Shown in pieces: positions 60,600 through 64,000 of a DNA stretch of 64,000 nt. Origin of the DNA: Bilabrum cf. latius (lineage: Eukaryota); assembly GCA_965178125.1 (NCBI GenBank), contig OZ237735.1:2604001-2668000 (forward strand), read 5' to 3'. Under the pieces are notes generated by a model. The model saw only the letters and a program-made list of their open reading frames with translations, did no database searches and was not told the origin of the DNA. The position numbers were made by a program, and so were the translations under genes. Every line of letters begins with the position of its first letter. Within the stretch, counting starts at the first letter, position 1.

Positions 60600-63500
60600 T
60601 CAGCCGGGTGGGAGCTGCGGAGGAGCTGCAGAAATACCCAGGTCCTGCCTCATGATCCTAGGGGAAAGAGATCCTGCAACAGCCGGTGACGCAGCGATAC
60701 TACGTTGCTTGCCTCGAGCCGCCCGTGGCGGCTCCGCTTGATGCGCGGTTGCTGCTCTGGCAATCCCTGCGACAGGCTTCGCAGCATCCCCTTGCTGGCC
60801 CTACAGGTACCTCGTGAGAGGAGACCGGGCCTGCATGCCGGTAGGGAGGAACGACCTCGACAATGCCAACGCTCCTGGCGCACTTGAGCTGCTCCCACCG
60901 GTGTTGCCATGGCCACGCCCCTCGGGGCTTGGAGCCTAGGGTTGGGCGCCCCCACGACCAAGCGCGCTATCCTGCCCAGCCTAGCTCCGATGCTGGGAAT
61001 GTGCCGGTGGAGAATGGTGCAACCCGGTGTCGACCTTTGCTCCAATATGCATGTATCGCTTGGGAGTTCGGCTGCGACGCTTGCGGCCGTAGCCACCCCT
61101 GTGCGCATCCGGCGAGGAAAGCGCAGATCCTGGCATGCCACCGTTGGCCTCTTGCCCGGCAGGCGGTGATGCGCCGAGTCGAGCAGATAATGGAGACCAT
61201 TCCTATTGGCGAGAGGCCGTTCCCAAGTCAGGTGCATGTACAGGCGCAGACCGCGCAGGGCCTGTATGTATGGAGACGGGTTGTAGTAGCTGCTCCTACC
61301 GTGTGTGCGTGTTTCGATCCGAATCGCCGCGGTTAAGTGTCTTCTTCAGGCCCGTGTCAACGCGACTAGGCACAGAGACGTACTTGGAGCCCGGAGAAGA
61401 TTTCGGCGCCAGTCGAGCGAGAAGCCCTGCTGGCAAGTCCTGCAACACGGTACCAGCAAGAGAAGGGGATACACCGGGCCGATGCATCGAGCTCGTCCTG
61501 ATTCGTGTGCCTCGCTGCAGCAAAGGCTCTTTGGGTCCCAGCACCCGCGGCACACCGCTCTGGTGCGAACTCAAAGATGCGGTTCCACCGGCACCACCGC
61601 TACCCTATCCGCTCTGCGGCAGGCGCACCTGCACATCTACTTGCTGCTGATGCTGCTGTTGCTATTCTCTCTGGGCCGCTGCATGCTCTAAAATGCCGCG
61701 AAGCGCCTGTGCGGGCGACTGGCCCTGAGACGGCGGTGATGATGCGACTTCTTGCACGGCCCTCTGGAGTGTTGCCACGCTAGGCATGCGCATGTGCTGA
61801 CGACCGGTCTACTCAGCCACTTGGTCCCCCGCGGCAGCAGGCGCAGCAGCAACGCCAGTGAACCCGCGGGGCCCAGTGGCAGTGACCGGAGGGGGTACTG
61901 ATGCAGCAAGCGTGCCCCCACGAGTTGATGTTTGCCTCGAAGGCACAGCAGTTGACCCATTCAGCAGTTGACCCATGCCCGCCTACGACGGGTTGCCCTC
62001 GTCGTCTGTCGGTCGCTCGAACCCGGTGTCCTGGCCGCGGATTGCTGCCTTGCTGCGGAGGTGCGCCAGGAGCTGCATGGCAGCTGCAGCCTTGTCTGAG
62101 CCCAGTGTCGCGGGGTCTGTCGCAGCACCACCAGCGACTCCCGATGCTCTAGGTGCCGGGGGCTCTCCCAATGCGGCGGGGCGGAATGACGCAGACTGCA
62201 GCGCTTCCCGCTGCTGCCTCCTCAGCTCGTGGTTCTCTGAGGTCAGCGCGGCAAGCCGGTCTGCCACGAGGAGGGACTCCTTGGCCGCAGCCAGAACTTC
62301 CTCGTTCAGCTTGTTCTTTGTGCTGGCGGAGCTGCCGTCGGCTCCTTCTTCCAGCTGGCGCGCCTGCTCCTCGTGCTGCCTTACCATCTCTCGGATCCGC
62401 TCCACCCTCGCAAGCTCGTCCGCGAGCTACGCACTGCCCGGCGATGCCGCTGCAGCGCTGGGACCAGCTAACCCAGAGGCATCCAGCGCGCCGAGTGCCT
62501 TGGTTACGGAGCTCTTACCCGACTTCGAGGGCGAGCTGACAAGTCGGCCGTGCTGCCTGCGAGAGCGAAGCAGCTTCTCATTAGCTTGGTGCATGGTCTC
62601 CACGGCCTGCCGCAGCTAGCTATTCTCGATTTCAGCCTCCAGCAGGGCTCTCAGGCTCTTACTGTGCTCGCCAGCGAGCTTGGCCAGTTCAGACGCTTGC
62701 TCAACGGACATATTCCTGGTTATGAGGTCGGCTTGGTGCTGCGCTGCATCCAGCAACGGAGTTAGCATGGCTGGCTGGTCCTCTTCCTTGTTGGAAGCAG
62801 CCGCCCCTTCGGCCATGTTTTCACCATCGGGACGCTCGCTTGCAGTGCCGCGAGCCGTGTAGCCTTCATCTGCCCTGCGCGGCTTGCTTACCGATGCTCC
62901 TGCATCATTGGCCGCGATCTGAGCGTGGCGCGAGCCGTTGGCAACGTTTGCTTGTTGCGGCACCTCGTCAGCATCGAGCGGCCCGTGCGCTAGGAGCTGC
63001 ATGTCCATCCACTCTCGCACAGACTGGAGGGCTCTCTGCGCCGCCCGATCCAAATCATCTTCACAATCAGCGTCCGAGGTGGTAGAGCCCCTCGACGTGC
63101 CTTGAGCTAGGCCCGCGAGGGCGCTCGGCATGTCGGCACGTGCCGCCGCCGCTCTCTCAGCAGCAGCAGCCCGCCCGAGTGGATACGTCTGTACCGCGTC
63201 CATGGATGGCAGCCCTGCAGCACGCGGTGTTCTGTTCTCCTACTCTGGGGAGGCGGGCGGTGACAGGTGCGCTCCCGGGGCCACCCTGGACGAACGCGAG
63301 GAGACCGCCCTTGCCGCCGCTGCAGCCGCCCTGGCAGTGGCCATGCCGGCAGATTCCGCCTGCAGCAACAGCGTGGCTTCCAGCTCCCGCACCTGACTCA
63401 CTGCAGCCGCGACTGCCATCTGGCCGGCTCGCCTGGCTCGGCGCACGACCTCTTGCGGGGACTGGTCGCCGTCCTCGTCGTCAACTGGCAGCCCCGCCGA

Positions 63501-64000
63501 TCGCAACGGACTCGCAGGCACCTCTGTGCTCAGCTGTTGCTGTGCAGTGGCCACTGCTCGAAAGGCTGCAGCTGCTGCTTCTGCCACCGGACTCGCGTTT
63601 CTTGCGCTTCGGGACAGGCCCTGAATGGCGGCCAGGTCCTCGTTCCGCTCAGGCGGGGTGCGCGGGCCGCTGATGCGGAGACCTTCCGTGCTGGCCACGG
63701 CTGAATCGCCCTGGGTGCTGGGGGTAGAATCGCGCGCTCCGGTCTAGCTTGCATCGCTGCCCGCCTCCACGTTGTTCCCCATCGACTGCACAATCCTGCT
63801 CAGTGAGGACCGTGTGGATGAGGGCTGGCGCACCTGCTCGGGCAAAGCCGGCGCGCGGAGTCCCTTAAACCCAGTAGATCCCCGGCGAGGTACTTGTCCC
63901 AGAACATCCAGGTGTGCCGGGGCGCTACTGCCCTCAAGCACACCAGGAGAAGACACGCGCCTGCCATGCTCGCCCGTCGACTCGTGTCCGTGTTGGTGGC
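60600..64000 (-). CDS. Low-complexity/coiled-coil hypothetical protein, 5'-partial
   Basis: ORFs with low ends 63744, 63240, 62616, 61983 and 61296 share one frame with about 13 TAGs; first other stop is TGA 60600-60602. Confidence 0.65.

Noticed and set aside
1-64000. Mass pseudogenisation or sequencing error as the cause of broken ORFs
   Set aside because: Interruptions are exclusively TAG, with no frameshifts or internal TAA/TGA, and catalytic motifs are intact.
1-64000. Pyrrolysine, selenocysteine or programmed readthrough
   Set aside because: TAGs are numerous, context-independent, sometimes adjacent, and align to Gln. No internal TGA was seen.
1-64000. Ciliate-type code (UAA and UAG both Gln)
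   Set aside because: No internal TAA was found among the reconstructed coding regions.

Overview
GC-rich, gene-dense nuclear DNA from a flagellated unicellular eukaryote. It has short GT-AG introns, long Ala/Gly/Ser-rich linkers and a TTLL gene; a heterotrophic stramenopile such as a bicosoecid is my guess, not something shown. The main signal is a non-standard genetic code. The ORF track is fragmented because TAG is a sense codon. I counted about 95 in-frame TAGs by hand in 15 of 18 reconstructed genes and found no internal TAA or TGA. Several TAGs sit at conserved Gln positions: Josephin oxyanion Gln, MYG1 DHHQ, TTLL TNxSIQK, Bmt2 YQxAS and DUF179 GWxxGQL. So UAG=Gln, while UGA (17 genes) and UAA (1 gene) terminate. 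Re-read this way, the window holds 18 genes: TTLL, a Cys-rich membrane protein, a ~6,350-aa DUF3638/DUF3645 protein with a putative cysteine protease, Josephin, a hypothetical protein, Bmt2-like methyltransferase, MYG1, a bacterial-type glycoside-hydrolase-like protein, DCN1, an ankyrin protein, a RING ligase, a DUF179 protein, a minisatellite-like C2H2 zinc-finger array, a DCGG-repeat surface protein, a villin-headpiece protein, a head-to-head ATCase/CPSase pair and a partial low-complexity protein. There is also a candidate ~460-nt structured intergenic RNA. Gene models and family calls are by eye, without database searches.
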